DNA of 46,474 bases from a virus (taxonomy: Duplodnaviria; Caudoviricetes), in IMG/VR virus record IMGVR_UViG_3300017565_000025, positions 1 to 46,474 of that record, one strand, 5' to 3'. A program made the position numbers and the translations under genes. Positions within the stretch are counted from its first letter, which is position 1, and each line of letters opens with the position of its first letter. This document shows, in pieces, positions 26,749 through 35,271 of the stretch. A model generated the notes under the pieces. That model searched no databases, was not told the DNA's origin, and saw only the letters and a program-made list of their open reading frames with translations.

Positions 26749-28755
26749 TCAGCGATTGAAGCGCTGGGCCATTTCGCGGAATCGGTTCTTCTTCGCCTTC
26801 GCGGCTGCCGACATGGCTTTGCTGGCGACAACATCGGGCACGGTCACGACCACCGCCGCGTCCTCATCTGGAACGAAACGCCGCGCGCCGGGCCGGATCT
26901 GGTGGACGTTGAGCATGAACCCCGCCGCGGCCGCCATGGCCTCGGCATCGAGGAAGTGGTTCTCTTTCGACCGCTCGACCCACACCACCTTGCCGTTGTC
27001 GGTCACGGTGCGGGCTTCAGCCACAATCTGACGCAGGTAATCGTCCGTCACTTCGGCGTGGAAATGCCATGCACCAAGCTGCTCGGCCGGCCAGGCCATG
27101 CGCTCGTGGACGAAGGACTTCCAATAATCCGTATCCAGCCGGATCAGTTCGAGCCCATATTTCGAGGATGTGCCCTGCTGGGTGACCTCGATGTTCGATT
27201 TGACAAGTGGCCGCATCAGTGGACGCGACGACCCCTTGGACGGAAACACGAACCTCCGGTGGAGGCGGCAAAACTCATAGACCCGGTTCACCGGCACTTC
27301 GAACTTTTTGCCGGGCCGGAAACCAGAGTCGAGGAACGCCAGCTTGATGACCATGCCGTCGATAGGCTCGGCCAGCTTGTCGGCCAGCAGTTCCCAAACG
27401 TCCGGCTGGCTGGTGTCGCCCATCAGATCGCCGTGCTCGATCAGCCACGATGTGGCGCGAGCGCCCCAGCCACGGATGACGAACGGCAAGCGCCCCTTCT
27501 GCACGTCGATGCCGGCGGTGAGATAAAGCGCCCCCTCCGGCACGCGGCCGGCCAGATACGGGGCGACCTGCGTCCGCAAATTCTCCCACGCCGGCAGATC
27601 GCCGACATCGGGCGTCCACAGTTCGCCGGTCTTGTTGACCGCGCCCTGCCGCGCCTCGGCATCGCCGGTCATCTCGGCGAGCATCAACTCCTCAAGCCGC
27701 TCGCCCCACGTCACAAACGGGGACGCGAGCCCAGAAACCCAGAGCGACAGCATCGTGCTGTCCGGCGGATCGCCCTCGACCACCCCGTCAGCGTTGACGA
27801 TCTGGCCCGGCGCAACGAACCGGCCACGGGCATTCATCTCCACCTTGTGATCTTCCTCGATCACGCAGCCATGCGGACACACCAGCCAGGTGCTGCGTCG
27901 GGCCTGCGCCGGCGTCGCGTCCTTGTCGGTCTTCAGCATCGAGACGCGCGGAACGAACCACTCGTCGCAGGACGGACATTGCCACGCCCAATGATGCCGC
28001 GTGCCGGCCTGCCACTTCGCCCAGATCGGGCTTTCGAGGTCGCCAGCATCCGCCACGTCCCAGAACTCCAATCCGGAGCGCGGGTCGCGCTTCACCTCAA
28101 CCTTGCCGCGCTTCGGTGTCGAAGTGACCGCGATCTTGCGGTCCCGATAGGTGTCCGCGCGGGCCTTGGCGAGCGTGAAGGGATCGCCCTCGCCGCCCTT
28201 CCCGATGGACATCTTGTCGTATTCATCGACATAGACATCGCCGGCCTGATCAGACGCCAGCGAAGTCGCCGATCCTGCCCAGGCTAGACGGACGGACACG
28301 CCGTTCACCGTCTTCCGGGTTTTCTTGTTGCGCTTGCCCCGCGCCACCAGATCCTTCAGCCGCTCGGCCTCGTCGAACAGCTTCATGAGCCGGGGCTCGA
28401 ACTGCTCAGTCACGAAATCCTTGGATGGCCCGACATAAAGCTGCGGCCGCGGCTTCGTATCGAGCCGCCACCCCATCACGTCGAGGATGCCGTCAGTCTT
28501 GGACATCTGTGTCCCGGTGATCAGGGCGCAGACCTCATACCGCGGGTCGTCGAAGAACCGCTCAAAGGCAATGATGTACGGGGTCAGACCCGGATCACGA
28601 GGACCGGGGACGCCCGCGCTTGCCGGGTAGACCCGGTTTTCGGCAGCCCACACCTCGGGGCTTCGTCGCGGAGGCGACTGCCAGAGCTGATTGAGACGCT
28701 GGCACGCGGTCTGCCGCGTTGGCGGCCCGCTTTGCGGCCGCGTTGAAGGCTTCAT
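26749..28755 (-). CDS. Terminase large subunit (gpA family)
   Basis: TGTQMSKT Walker A-like, YVDEYD Walker B, STP motif, CPSC, LTAGIDVQ, NHFLD. Confidence 0.93.
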   Translation of the reverse strand: MKPSTRPQSGPPTRQTACQRLNQLWQSPPRRSPEVWAAENRVYPASAGVPGPRDPGLTPYIIAFERFFDDPRYEVCALITGTQMSKTDGILDVMGWRLDTKPRPQLYVGPSKDFVTEQFEPRLMKLFDEAERLKDLVARGKRNKKTRKTVNGVSVRLAWAGSATSLASDQAGDVYVDEYDKMSIGKGGEGDPFTLAKARADTYRDRKIAVTSTPKRGKVEVKRDPRSGLEFWDVADAGDLESPIWAKWQAGTRHHWAWQCPSCDEWFVPRVSMLKTDKDATPAQARRSTWLVCPHGCVIEEDHKVEMNARGRFVAPGQIVNADGVVEGDPPDSTMLSLWVSGLASPFVTWGERLEELMLAEMTGDAEARQGAVNKTGELWTPDVGDLPAWENLRTQVAPYLAGRVPEGALYLTAGIDVQKGRLPFVIRGWGARATSWLIEHGDLMGDTSQPDVWELLADKLAEPIDGMVIKLAFLDSGFRPGKKFEVPVNRVYEFCRLHRRFVFPSKGSSRPLMRPLVKSNIEVTQQGTSSKYGLELIRLDTDYWKSFVHERMAWPAEQLGAWHFHAEVTDDYLRQIVAEARTVTDNGKVVWVERSKENHFLDAEAMAAAAGFMLNVHQIRPGARRFVPDEDAAVVVTVPDVVASKAMSAAAKAKKNRFREMAQRFNR

Positions 28756-29149
28756 CGATCCCGTTCTCGATCTTCCGCCGAAGCGAGATGTCCGTGGTCA
28801 CGCGCGCCGGCAGCGCCATCAGGTCCGATTTCAGTGGCCCACCGAACTCATCGACGATCCGGAGCGTCTCGGCCTGGGCCTCGGCGATCATCCGGCCATC
28901 GCGCTCGGCCATCCGCTGCTCTATCTCCGCGGCGCGCGCGTCGCGCATCCGATCCGTTCCGGCAGATTTAGCGGCACGCCGGTCCTCGCCGCGCAGCCAA
29001 CGGATGTATCGGAGCCGGCAATCGTCGAGGTCGAACGATCCGTCCGCCAACCGGACCAGAATGCCCTCCCCAACCATCTGGGCGGCCCTCTGGCGGGTCA
29101 GATCAAGGTGTCCACCGACTATCGCGGCCGAAACGCCTGCTTTTGCCAT
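28595..29149 (-). CDS. Terminase small subunit (Nu1-like)
   Basis: N-terminal HTH (HLDLTRQRAAQMVGEG...FDLDDC..YIRWLR), coiled coil, LMALPARV. Confidence 0.8.
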   Translation of the reverse strand: MAKAGVSAAIVGGHLDLTRQRAAQMVGEGILVRLADGSFDLDDCRLRYIRWLRGEDRRAAKSAGTDRMRDARAAEIEQRMAERDGRMIAEAQAETLRIVDEFGGPLKSDLMALPARVTTDISLRRKIENGIDEAFNAAAKRAANAADRVPASQSALAVASATKPRGVGCRKPGLPGKRGRPRSS

Positions 29150-29215
29150 CGTCCCTCGGCTGACAAGGAAAACGCGTTTTTCAGGGAGGCAAAAACGCTC
29201 GAATTTCGGGCCGGA

Positions 29216-29252
29216 CTTCCGCCGCACCGTGAGGGTTCCAAAACACGGTCCC
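29216..29252 (-). other. Putative cos site (cosQ/cosN-like)
   Basis: GGGACCG...TCACG-GTGCGGCGGAAG resembles lambda GGGTCCT...TTACG-GGGCGGCGACCT; in the intergenic gap upstream of terS. Confidence 0.45.
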
Positions 29253-29345
29253 TTTTTGCTATTGCGACATTTCGGCAACACGTCATGGGGGCGGGGAGCG
29301 CGACACCGAGGTGGTGTTGCCCCCCTGCGTCAGTTGGCAGAGGCG

Positions 29346-29900
29346 TCAGAGGACGCGATACAGCTCGTGTGCGAGGCGTGCTGGCAGTTCGCGCTGCACC
29401 GTTTCGTAGAACGCAGCCTCGCTGTCCCCGGTCACCATCTCCTCTGGGATGAACAGGCCGCTCTTGACTGTCTGGAGGGGGAAGCGGCCTTTGCCTCTGC
29501 GCTTGAGGACAGCGCCACCGGTATTCAGGGCGACACGGTTGGGGAACAGGCCCCCTTTCGTGAACGTCCCTGCGTAGACCTTTCGTTGATTCCATGGAGC
29601 GGCGCTCACGCCTCGACGAGTTTCCCGGGCTCCGAAGAACATTAGGCGGACATTCCCGCCCCTGCTCTTGATCTCGTATGCGCCACTGCCGAATGCCCGC
29701 TTGGACTTCACGGCTCGGTTGATGGTCGTCGCCTTGAGGCCGGTCTGCTTGACCAGCACCCGGCGCATCTGGGTTCGGGCCTTGTCGCCCGTGTGGTTGA
29801 TGGCCCTCACCATGGCGAGGGGTGCCTGCTTTCCTGCGGCGCGCATCAGATTACCCATCCGATCGATGCCGGACGTGTCCACCTGAATACTCACGGCCAT
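29346..29900 (-). CDS. Minor tail/neck protein (lambda gpZ-like)
   Basis: Basic protein with AMVRAINHTGDKART and RGKGRFPL; GGAGAG RBS. Confidence 0.75.
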   Translation of the reverse strand: MAVSIQVDTSGIDRMGNLMRAAGKQAPLAMVRAINHTGDKARTQMRRVLVKQTGLKATTINRAVKSKRAFGSGAYEIKSRGGNVRLMFFGARETRRGVSAAPWNQRKVYAGTFTKGGLFPNRVALNTGGAVLKRRGKGRFPLQTVKSGLFIPEEMVTGDSEAAFYETVQRELPARLAHELYRVL

Positions 29901-29967
29901 ATCGACTCTCCGGCGGGCCCATGGTCTGATCCCCTGCCGGCCAGAGAGCCGCATTGGGGGGGGAAAC

Positions 29968-30120
29968 ATGACGAAACTGATCGGCACCGCTATGGCCGCG
30001 CTTCTGGCGATAGCCTCAATCTCGACAGCTTCGGCGCATGGTGGCGGCTGCCGTAAAAGCTCCCCGCCCGGGAAATGCTGCCACATGGACAACAGCACCG
30101 GCACGGTGCACTGCCACTAG
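29968..30120 (+). CDS. 50-aa secreted His/Cys-rich protein (YHYH-like); not in the ORF track
   Basis: MTKLIGTAMAALLAIASISTASA|HGGGCRKSSPPGKCCHMDNSTGTVHCH*; G8 tract as RBS. Confidence 0.75.
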   Translation: MTKLIGTAMAALLAIASISTASAHGGGCRKSSPPGKCCHMDNSTGTVHCH

Positions 30121-30296
30121 CGTCGCCCCAGCCTCTGGTGCGCTGCCGCTACCCTGCTGGTCAGGGCCTTGGCATCTTGGACCATGCTGGTGAGGATGAA
30201 CCGGCCTTGCTGCGCCGCACCCTTGACGTCCCCGGCTTTCAGCGCCCTGATACCAGCCACGGTGGCCTGTCCGCGCTCTTTGCACTGGCAGGGCAT
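30117..30296 (-). CDS. Small hypothetical protein
   Basis: MPCQCKERG...; co-oriented with the late genes; weak RBS. Confidence 0.45.
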   Translation of the reverse strand: MPCQCKERGQATVAGIRALKAGDVKGAAQQGRFILTSMVQDAKALTSRVAAAHQRLGRR

Positions 30297-30320
30297 CGGG
30301 ACAACCATCAGGGGGGAGTT

Positions 30321-30515
30321 ATGGCAGACGAGCAGTTCAAGCCCGGCGACGTGGTCCAACTGAAGTCAGGGGGGCCATGGATGACGGTTAAGAGCGTAAG
30401 CGCGAACGGGCACACCGAAGTTCAATGGTTCAACGAGAGTTCCGGCACCTTCGATTTGCGCTCGGTCATCCTACCCCAGCACTCGCTTGAAACGGTCAAG
30501 AAGCGGACCGATTAG
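30321..30515 (+). CDS. YodC/DUF2158 family protein
   Basis: FKPGDVVQLKSGGPWMTV...QWF signature; GGGGGAG RBS. Confidence 0.85.
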   Translation: MADEQFKPGDVVQLKSGGPWMTVKSVSANGHTEVQWFNESSGTFDLRSVILPQHSLETVKKRTD

Positions 30516-30524
30516 CGCGCTCCA

Positions 30525-31193
30525 TCACCCCTCCACCCCCAGCAGCTTCCGCCGCTTGGCCTCGCGCTCGGCTACCTTGCGCGAGTGCCTGCTGGCCTGC
30601 TTATCGGCCCAGGAGAAGTCTCGGTTTTCGGGAAGGTCGCTGGGCTGTTCGCCGGGTGCCAACCATGAGGTTGGCGACGTGGGCAGTTCGTCCAGCGTAG
30701 GCAAATCTATAGGCTGATCGCCCATGATCTGTCTCAGGTGAATTTCTCCCGGCAAATCTCGCGTTAGGCTCTCAATGTCAGCGGACCGTGAAACTTGCTC
30801 CAAAGCACGCTTGAGATGCCGATAGACGGTGGCTCGCGCCATGCCCGACCTGCGAATCCACAGGGCGAATGATTTGCCTGCCACGATGCTGAAGGCCCAC
30901 GTCCAGACGATGCGCCGGCTGTCTGGATCGGTGATGAAGTGCGCCGTCCAGTGCTCTAGGACCTCGTTGTGACGCCGGATCGCTGGCGCTGATGGCGGGA
31001 TGCGACGGATGCGCATCTCCCGCTCCTCTTTGAGCCTCGCGGTGCCCCAGCCGGCCTTGTCCTCGAAGGTGTGCTCGTATTCGGGCCAGCAACCGGACTT
31101 GTTGCCACCACCCCCTATCGGCAGGCGCATGTCAGTGTCGGCCGCTTCGAGCCAGCGGGCGCGGACGATATCAATCGGCTGGAGTTCAGACAT
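30525..31193 (-). CDS. DUF6362-like putative late-gene regulator with C-terminal HTH
   Basis: EAADT..RLP, WPEY, PSAPAI, SGMARATVYRHLKRAL; last early gene before packaging (Q-like position). Confidence 0.65.
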   Translation of the reverse strand: MSELQPIDIVRARWLEAADTDMRLPIGGGGNKSGCWPEYEHTFEDKAGWGTARLKEEREMRIRRIPPSAPAIRRHNEVLEHWTAHFITDPDSRRIVWTWAFSIVAGKSFALWIRRSGMARATVYRHLKRALEQVSRSADIESLTRDLPGEIHLRQIMGDQPIDLPTLDELPTSPTSWLAPGEQPSDLPENRDFSWADKQASRHSRKVAEREAKRRKLLGVEG

Positions 31194-31605
31194 CGAGGCG
31201 GCCCTGTCGGTTATCGCCGAAGATCGGCAGCAGCTTGTCGTTGATGAGCGTGCAGATGGCGGCGCGCGGCTGTGCGGCCGAACGGTTGCCCTTCGCTTTC
31301 TGCCTGATCTGAGGGAGGCTGATGCCGTCGAAAGCCTCAAGCCAGGCTAGCCCGGTATCTGGCCACTCGGGATGCGCTAGGATCAGGTCGGAGATGGCCC
31401 AGATCGTCGGCGCCACCAGTTCGGTCTTGTTGTTGGCGCTCTCCATGATGGTGCGCAGGACCATGATGAGGTGGCCCTCACCATGTTCGTTCATGATGCG
31501 CTCCATGGTCTTAACCGCGCGCGTCTGCCCGGGCCCCTGCGTCTGGTGGACCTCGATAATCTCGATGTCGAGATCGCGGCAGATGTCGCGGAGACGGTCG
31601 GTCAT
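31186..31605 (-). CDS. Phage hypothetical protein
   Basis: ATGA coupling; GPGQTRAV...HGEGHLIMVLRTI...WLEAFD. Confidence 0.7.
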   Translation of the reverse strand: MTDRLRDICRDLDIEIIEVHQTQGPGQTRAVKTMERIMNEHGEGHLIMVLRTIMESANNKTELVAPTIWAISDLILAHPEWPDTGLAWLEAFDGISLPQIRQKAKGNRSAAQPRAAICTLINDKLLPIFGDNRQGRLDV

Positions 31606-32045
31606 GGCACCCGAACCCAGCCGTTTATCAGCGTTAAAGCGCCAATGACGAGAAATCCGAGCGAAACCATCGCCGCACATAGTCCGACTGCGCCAGTAAT
31701 GCGGAGCCGAGCGCGATAGAACGATTCCGGTTTCAAAATCTCACCGCTAATCAAATTCTGTCTGATCGAGAGATAGCTCGCAGTTCTAACGGAATAATTC
31801 GCCCAAGTTGCCGCTCCCGCACTGAACGCACAAAGGATGCCGGCAACAAACGGCCAAAGCCGCGGAACATTCGATGGAGGCAAATTCCAGGCGTCTATCT
31901 TTGCCAATACACCGACGATTACGCCCGCGTGCATCAGCCAAAGTGCGTTAATGAGCCACTTGGCGATCGCAACCTGAGCAGCGTCGGCCTGCTGGTGCAG
32001 ATCCGCTAGGTGGTCAATCTCCTCGGCAACCCCATGATCTTTCAT
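31602..32045 (-). CDS. Three-TM membrane protein, AT-richer than neighbours
   Basis: Three hydrophobic helices; ATGA overlaps at both ends. Confidence 0.7.
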   Translation of the reverse strand: MKDHGVAEEIDHLADLHQQADAAQVAIAKWLINALWLMHAGVIVGVLAKIDAWNLPPSNVPRLWPFVAGILCAFSAGAATWANYSVRTASYLSIRQNLISGEILKPESFYRARLRITGAVGLCAAMVSLGFLVIGALTLINGWVRVP

Positions 32046-32224
32046 TTCGTCTCCCTCCGCGGCCCCCACCTGTTCGCCGCCCATTGTTTGATCCAAATCA
32101 TCAATTCCCACGAAATATTATCGCGCGTGGTGTCGATGATGATCCAGCCGTATTCGCGCCAGATCCGACGCTTTGTTTCCTCCGGGACCTCCCGGCTGTT
32201 CGGTGCAAAGCGGCCGAGGCTCAT
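32042..32224 (-). CDS. Small hypothetical protein
   Basis: MSLGRFAP...; TGATG-coupled to the HAD gene. Confidence 0.6.
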   Translation of the reverse strand: MSLGRFAPNSREVPEETKRRIWREYGWIIIDTTRDNISWELMIWIKQWAANRWGPRRETK

Positions 32225-32661
32225 CAGAAGTCCCCCGGAGCGACTTGGGCGCAGGGAATGCCCCGCGCGCGCCAAAGCCGAACGCATCGCGCTCGATCCT
32301 CAAAGGCCATGATCGGCCGATATCCTGCTGCGAGCACCTCGTCCAGAAGTTCGCCCTTCACGATGTCGTCGTCGCGGTGGTCGCCGAACCGCCGCATGAA
32401 CAGAGCATTGCCACCGAGGCCATGGCGTGAAAGCCATTCGCGAGTGGAGCCCCGAACGTGGTCTGAGCGGCCTGTCACGAACACCAGTTGAGCGTGCGCG
32501 CGGAGGATTTTCGCCAACCCCACGATATGCTCGAACGGCTTGTCGAGATGAATCTCCCCGTACCAGCCGTCCCAGTTCTTGGGCTGCTGCTGAAGGTGGT
32601 GGACCCGGTGGGTGCCGTCGGCGAGGGTGCCATCTATGTCAAACAAGTAGCAGGGTGTCAT
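32224..32661 (-). CDS. HAD-family phosphatase (T4 PseT/PNKP 3'-phosphatase-like)
   Basis: FDIDGTLA, FVTGRS, LFMR..DHRDDDIVK, FEDR, WRARGIPCAQV. Confidence 0.85.
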   Translation of the reverse strand: MTPCYLFDIDGTLADGTHRVHHLQQQPKNWDGWYGEIHLDKPFEHIVGLAKILRAHAQLVFVTGRSDHVRGSTREWLSRHGLGGNALFMRRFGDHRDDDIVKGELLDEVLAAGYRPIMAFEDRARCVRLWRARGIPCAQVAPGDF

Positions 32662-34007
32662 ATCTCCTCGAACCTCATGGTGGCGCCCTCAAAGCGCATT
32701 TCGCACTGCTCGAATGTCTTCTGGCGGCGGTGCTTGAGGACAATGGCCTCGGCCATTCCTGCCGCCTGCCGCATTTTTGCAGCCCAGTTGTCGCTCGCCT
32801 CCGCGCCGGCGCGCTCGTCCGGCTTGTTCCGGCGCATCCAGTTGATTTTCTGCCAGAGCCCCAGGACCCAGTCGGCATCGCGCTCGATGGACGGGGCGTC
32901 CGCATCAAGAATGCCGGGGACCGGATCGGGATTCCTTTGCGCTCCCCTGGTGCGTTGGGCGAGCACGATGGTGGGAACGTCGAGGGAAAGGGCGAGGCGC
33001 TTCAGGTCCGCCGTCAGTTCAGCCATGCGGTCGAAGCGGTTGGCGTGCTTCCCCACGGCTTGAATCTTGTCGAGCTGGTCCACGATCAGTAGCCCCAGCC
33101 CTCGGGTGCGCTTCATCTGGAGCGCCTGCACGCCGATTTCCCGGACTGTCACCTGCGGCGCGGCGACGACGTGGAAGGGCACCGTGTTGTACTGGCGCTC
33201 CACTTCCAGCAGTCGCTCCCGGTCAAAGGCGGTGAAAGCCCCCTCGTGGATCTGCCTGACGGTGATCTCGGAGAGGTTCGCCAGTTCGCGGGCGCCCATC
33301 TGCTCCCCGCTCATTTCCAACTGGACATAGAGGACGGGCCGGCCGCTGATGGCGGCGTGCATCCCGATCTGAGCAGCAAGGGCGGATTTTCCGTCGCCCT
33401 GCGCCGCAATGATGAAGCCGAGATCGCCGCCGGATATCACCCCGAGGATTTCGTCCAGCGAAGACAGGCCGGTGGTCAGATGGGACACCACGCCGCCGGA
33501 CTGCGCCGTTGTGGCCTGGCGGAGCGCCTTCCCCATCAACTCTCCGATAGGCACCGGGCGAAGCGGAGACGCGGTTGCCGCGATCCCCTGAAGCCGCTGG
33601 GATATCTCCCCGATGAGGTCGTCGGCCAACCGTTGACCGGCACGAGCCTCCTTGTCTGCCCACTGGAGAAGACGGCGCAAGCGGTTGTTCGAGGCATTCT
33701 CCGCGATGAAATCCGCGTAATCCGTGGCGGAGCCGGCTTCCATGGCGTTCGCATGGAGCGCTTGGAGGATGGCGTCGGTGGGCCCGACGTCGTCGTACTC
33801 CTTGTTCAGACGCCCCTTAAGCGCCGCCATGGTCGGCTGGCCGTTCAGGACCTCCGCCACCTCACGCATGGCGCTGAAGATGTCCCGGTGGTGCTGCACC
33901 GTGAACATGTCGGCCGTGACGATATTGTTGATCTGCCAGAATGTGTTCGGGGACCGCAGCAGGCAGCCGAGGAACATCTGCTCGTTGATGACGATGTCGC
34001 GGCTCAT
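32658..34007 (-). CDS. dnaB: DnaB-like replicative helicase
   Basis: TGLSSLDEILG, Walker A AQGDGKS, LEMS, IVDQLD, LAQ, IERDADWV; start MSRDIV is ATGA-coupled. Confidence 0.9.
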   Translation of the reverse strand: MSRDIVINEQMFLGCLLRSPNTFWQINNIVTADMFTVQHHRDIFSAMREVAEVLNGQPTMAALKGRLNKEYDDVGPTDAILQALHANAMEAGSATDYADFIAENASNNRLRRLLQWADKEARAGQRLADDLIGEISQRLQGIAATASPLRPVPIGELMGKALRQATTAQSGGVVSHLTTGLSSLDEILGVISGGDLGFIIAAQGDGKSALAAQIGMHAAISGRPVLYVQLEMSGEQMGARELANLSEITVRQIHEGAFTAFDRERLLEVERQYNTVPFHVVAAPQVTVREIGVQALQMKRTRGLGLLIVDQLDKIQAVGKHANRFDRMAELTADLKRLALSLDVPTIVLAQRTRGAQRNPDPVPGILDADAPSIERDADWVLGLWQKINWMRRNKPDERAGAEASDNWAAKMRQAAGMAEAIVLKHRRQKTFEQCEMRFEGATMRFEEI

Positions 34008-35065
34008 ACCGGCTCCAATTGGCTGGCGTTCCATAAGTCCAAGTAATCGGTGCCAGCGACCGGCTCGGCCGCGGTGATGCACTTGATCCGTGCCTGCATC
34101 ATCCGGGCTTGGAGCGCCTGCGCGGCCTTCCGGCCCGGAGGACAGGCGACGGGGACGTAATCCTCGCCCTGCTTCCGAATGCTGCGGTCTCCGTCCGGGA
34201 AGATCGTGATCTTGCCGACGCCAAGCGGCGGCTCGAACCCGGCCATGCCGCTGGTGGAGAGCGCCGCCCAAACCGGATAGCGCCGGCCGATCAGGCACCA
34301 CGCTCCCAAGGCCGTCTCAACGCCCTCGGCAATGCCGATATGATCCCCGCCGCCTCCGATCCGCACCGCGCCGCCAGATGCAGGCCCGAGTCCGAGCTTC
34401 GGGTTTGGAACGTCGGCCTTGGACCGACCGTCCGCCGAGAGATAGATTCGCCAGATCGCGGCGAACTCGCCTTCGAGATCGAGCACCTTGCAGACCAGCA
34501 CCGGGAGGACCGGGCCACGGAATCCATATTCGAGGTGGGTGAAGCGGAAGCAGTCCGGCCAGCCATCGTCGGGCGTCGGGATTCCGCGGGCGTTCAGGTA
34601 GACCTCGGCCAGCGTTCCGGCGATGGGCTTGGCACCGCGCCAGAACCCAGCCGCCTTTTCCTGCTGGCGCGTCTCGTCGGCCTCGTCCTGCTCCTCACGA
34701 GCCCGCTGGGCGGCTTCGTTCTGCCGCCTCCTCCGCTCCCTTGCTTGCTTCTCGGCATCGCTCAGGGGCTTCGCCTCGGCTCCTGGGGGCGGTTCACCGG
34801 TGAGGGTTTGGACAGCCTCCATGAAGGACACGCCGTCCAGATGCTCGACCATCTTGATGACGTCGCCGCCAACGGAGCCACGGCAGTTGAATATTTGCTT
34901 CACCACGTTGATGCTGAAGCGATCTCGCCCAGCGCAATGGACGCAAGGCCCGAAGTATTCCCGGCCGGCGCGCTTCAGTTGCGCCCCGCGCGCCACGGCG
35001 GCATCGAGGATGCTCACCTCCCGCGCGCGCTGCACCCATTGCTCGAACTCGGGGGAGCGGGTCAT
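34004..35065 (-). CDS. DNA primase (Zn finger + Toprim)
   Basis: GPCVHCAGRDRF...FNCRG zinc finger; YLNARGI; IAEGVET and FPDGD Toprim motifs. Confidence 0.88.
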   Translation of the reverse strand: MTRSPEFEQWVQRAREVSILDAAVARGAQLKRAGREYFGPCVHCAGRDRFSINVVKQIFNCRGSVGGDVIKMVEHLDGVSFMEAVQTLTGEPPPGAEAKPLSDAEKQARERRRRQNEAAQRAREEQDEADETRQQEKAAGFWRGAKPIAGTLAEVYLNARGIPTPDDGWPDCFRFTHLEYGFRGPVLPVLVCKVLDLEGEFAAIWRIYLSADGRSKADVPNPKLGLGPASGGAVRIGGGGDHIGIAEGVETALGAWCLIGRRYPVWAALSTSGMAGFEPPLGVGKITIFPDGDRSIRKQGEDYVPVACPPGRKAAQALQARMMQARIKCITAAEPVAGTDYLDLWNASQLEPV

Positions 35066-35271
35066 GGTGCTTCCCGCCAGAACACATAGGCCACGCCGGT
35101 GGGAATCGGCCGAGACGCTCGCTTGATCACGCCTTCGTCCACCAGCCGCCGGAGTACGGCGCCGACGCTGGATTCCGCCCACACGCCGTATCGCTTCCAT
35201 ATCTGCCGCGAGGTCTCGGCATTCGCCTCACCGACCGGGACAAAGCGGAGAACGTCGTCAATCATCGTCAT
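35062..35271 (-). CDS. Small winged-helix-like protein
   Basis: SSVGAVLRRLVDEGVI; ATGA overlaps on both sides. Confidence 0.55.
   Translation of the reverse strand: MTMIDDVLRFVPVGEANAETSRQIWKRYGVWAESSVGAVLRRLVDEGVIKRASRPIPTGVAYVFWREAP

Noticed and set aside
26902-28287. 461-aa plus-strand ORF
   Set aside because: Antisense shadow of terL.
34008-34301. N-terminal extension of the DnaB ORF
   Set aside because: Overlaps the primase; the coupled start at 34007 gives a normal-sized helicase.
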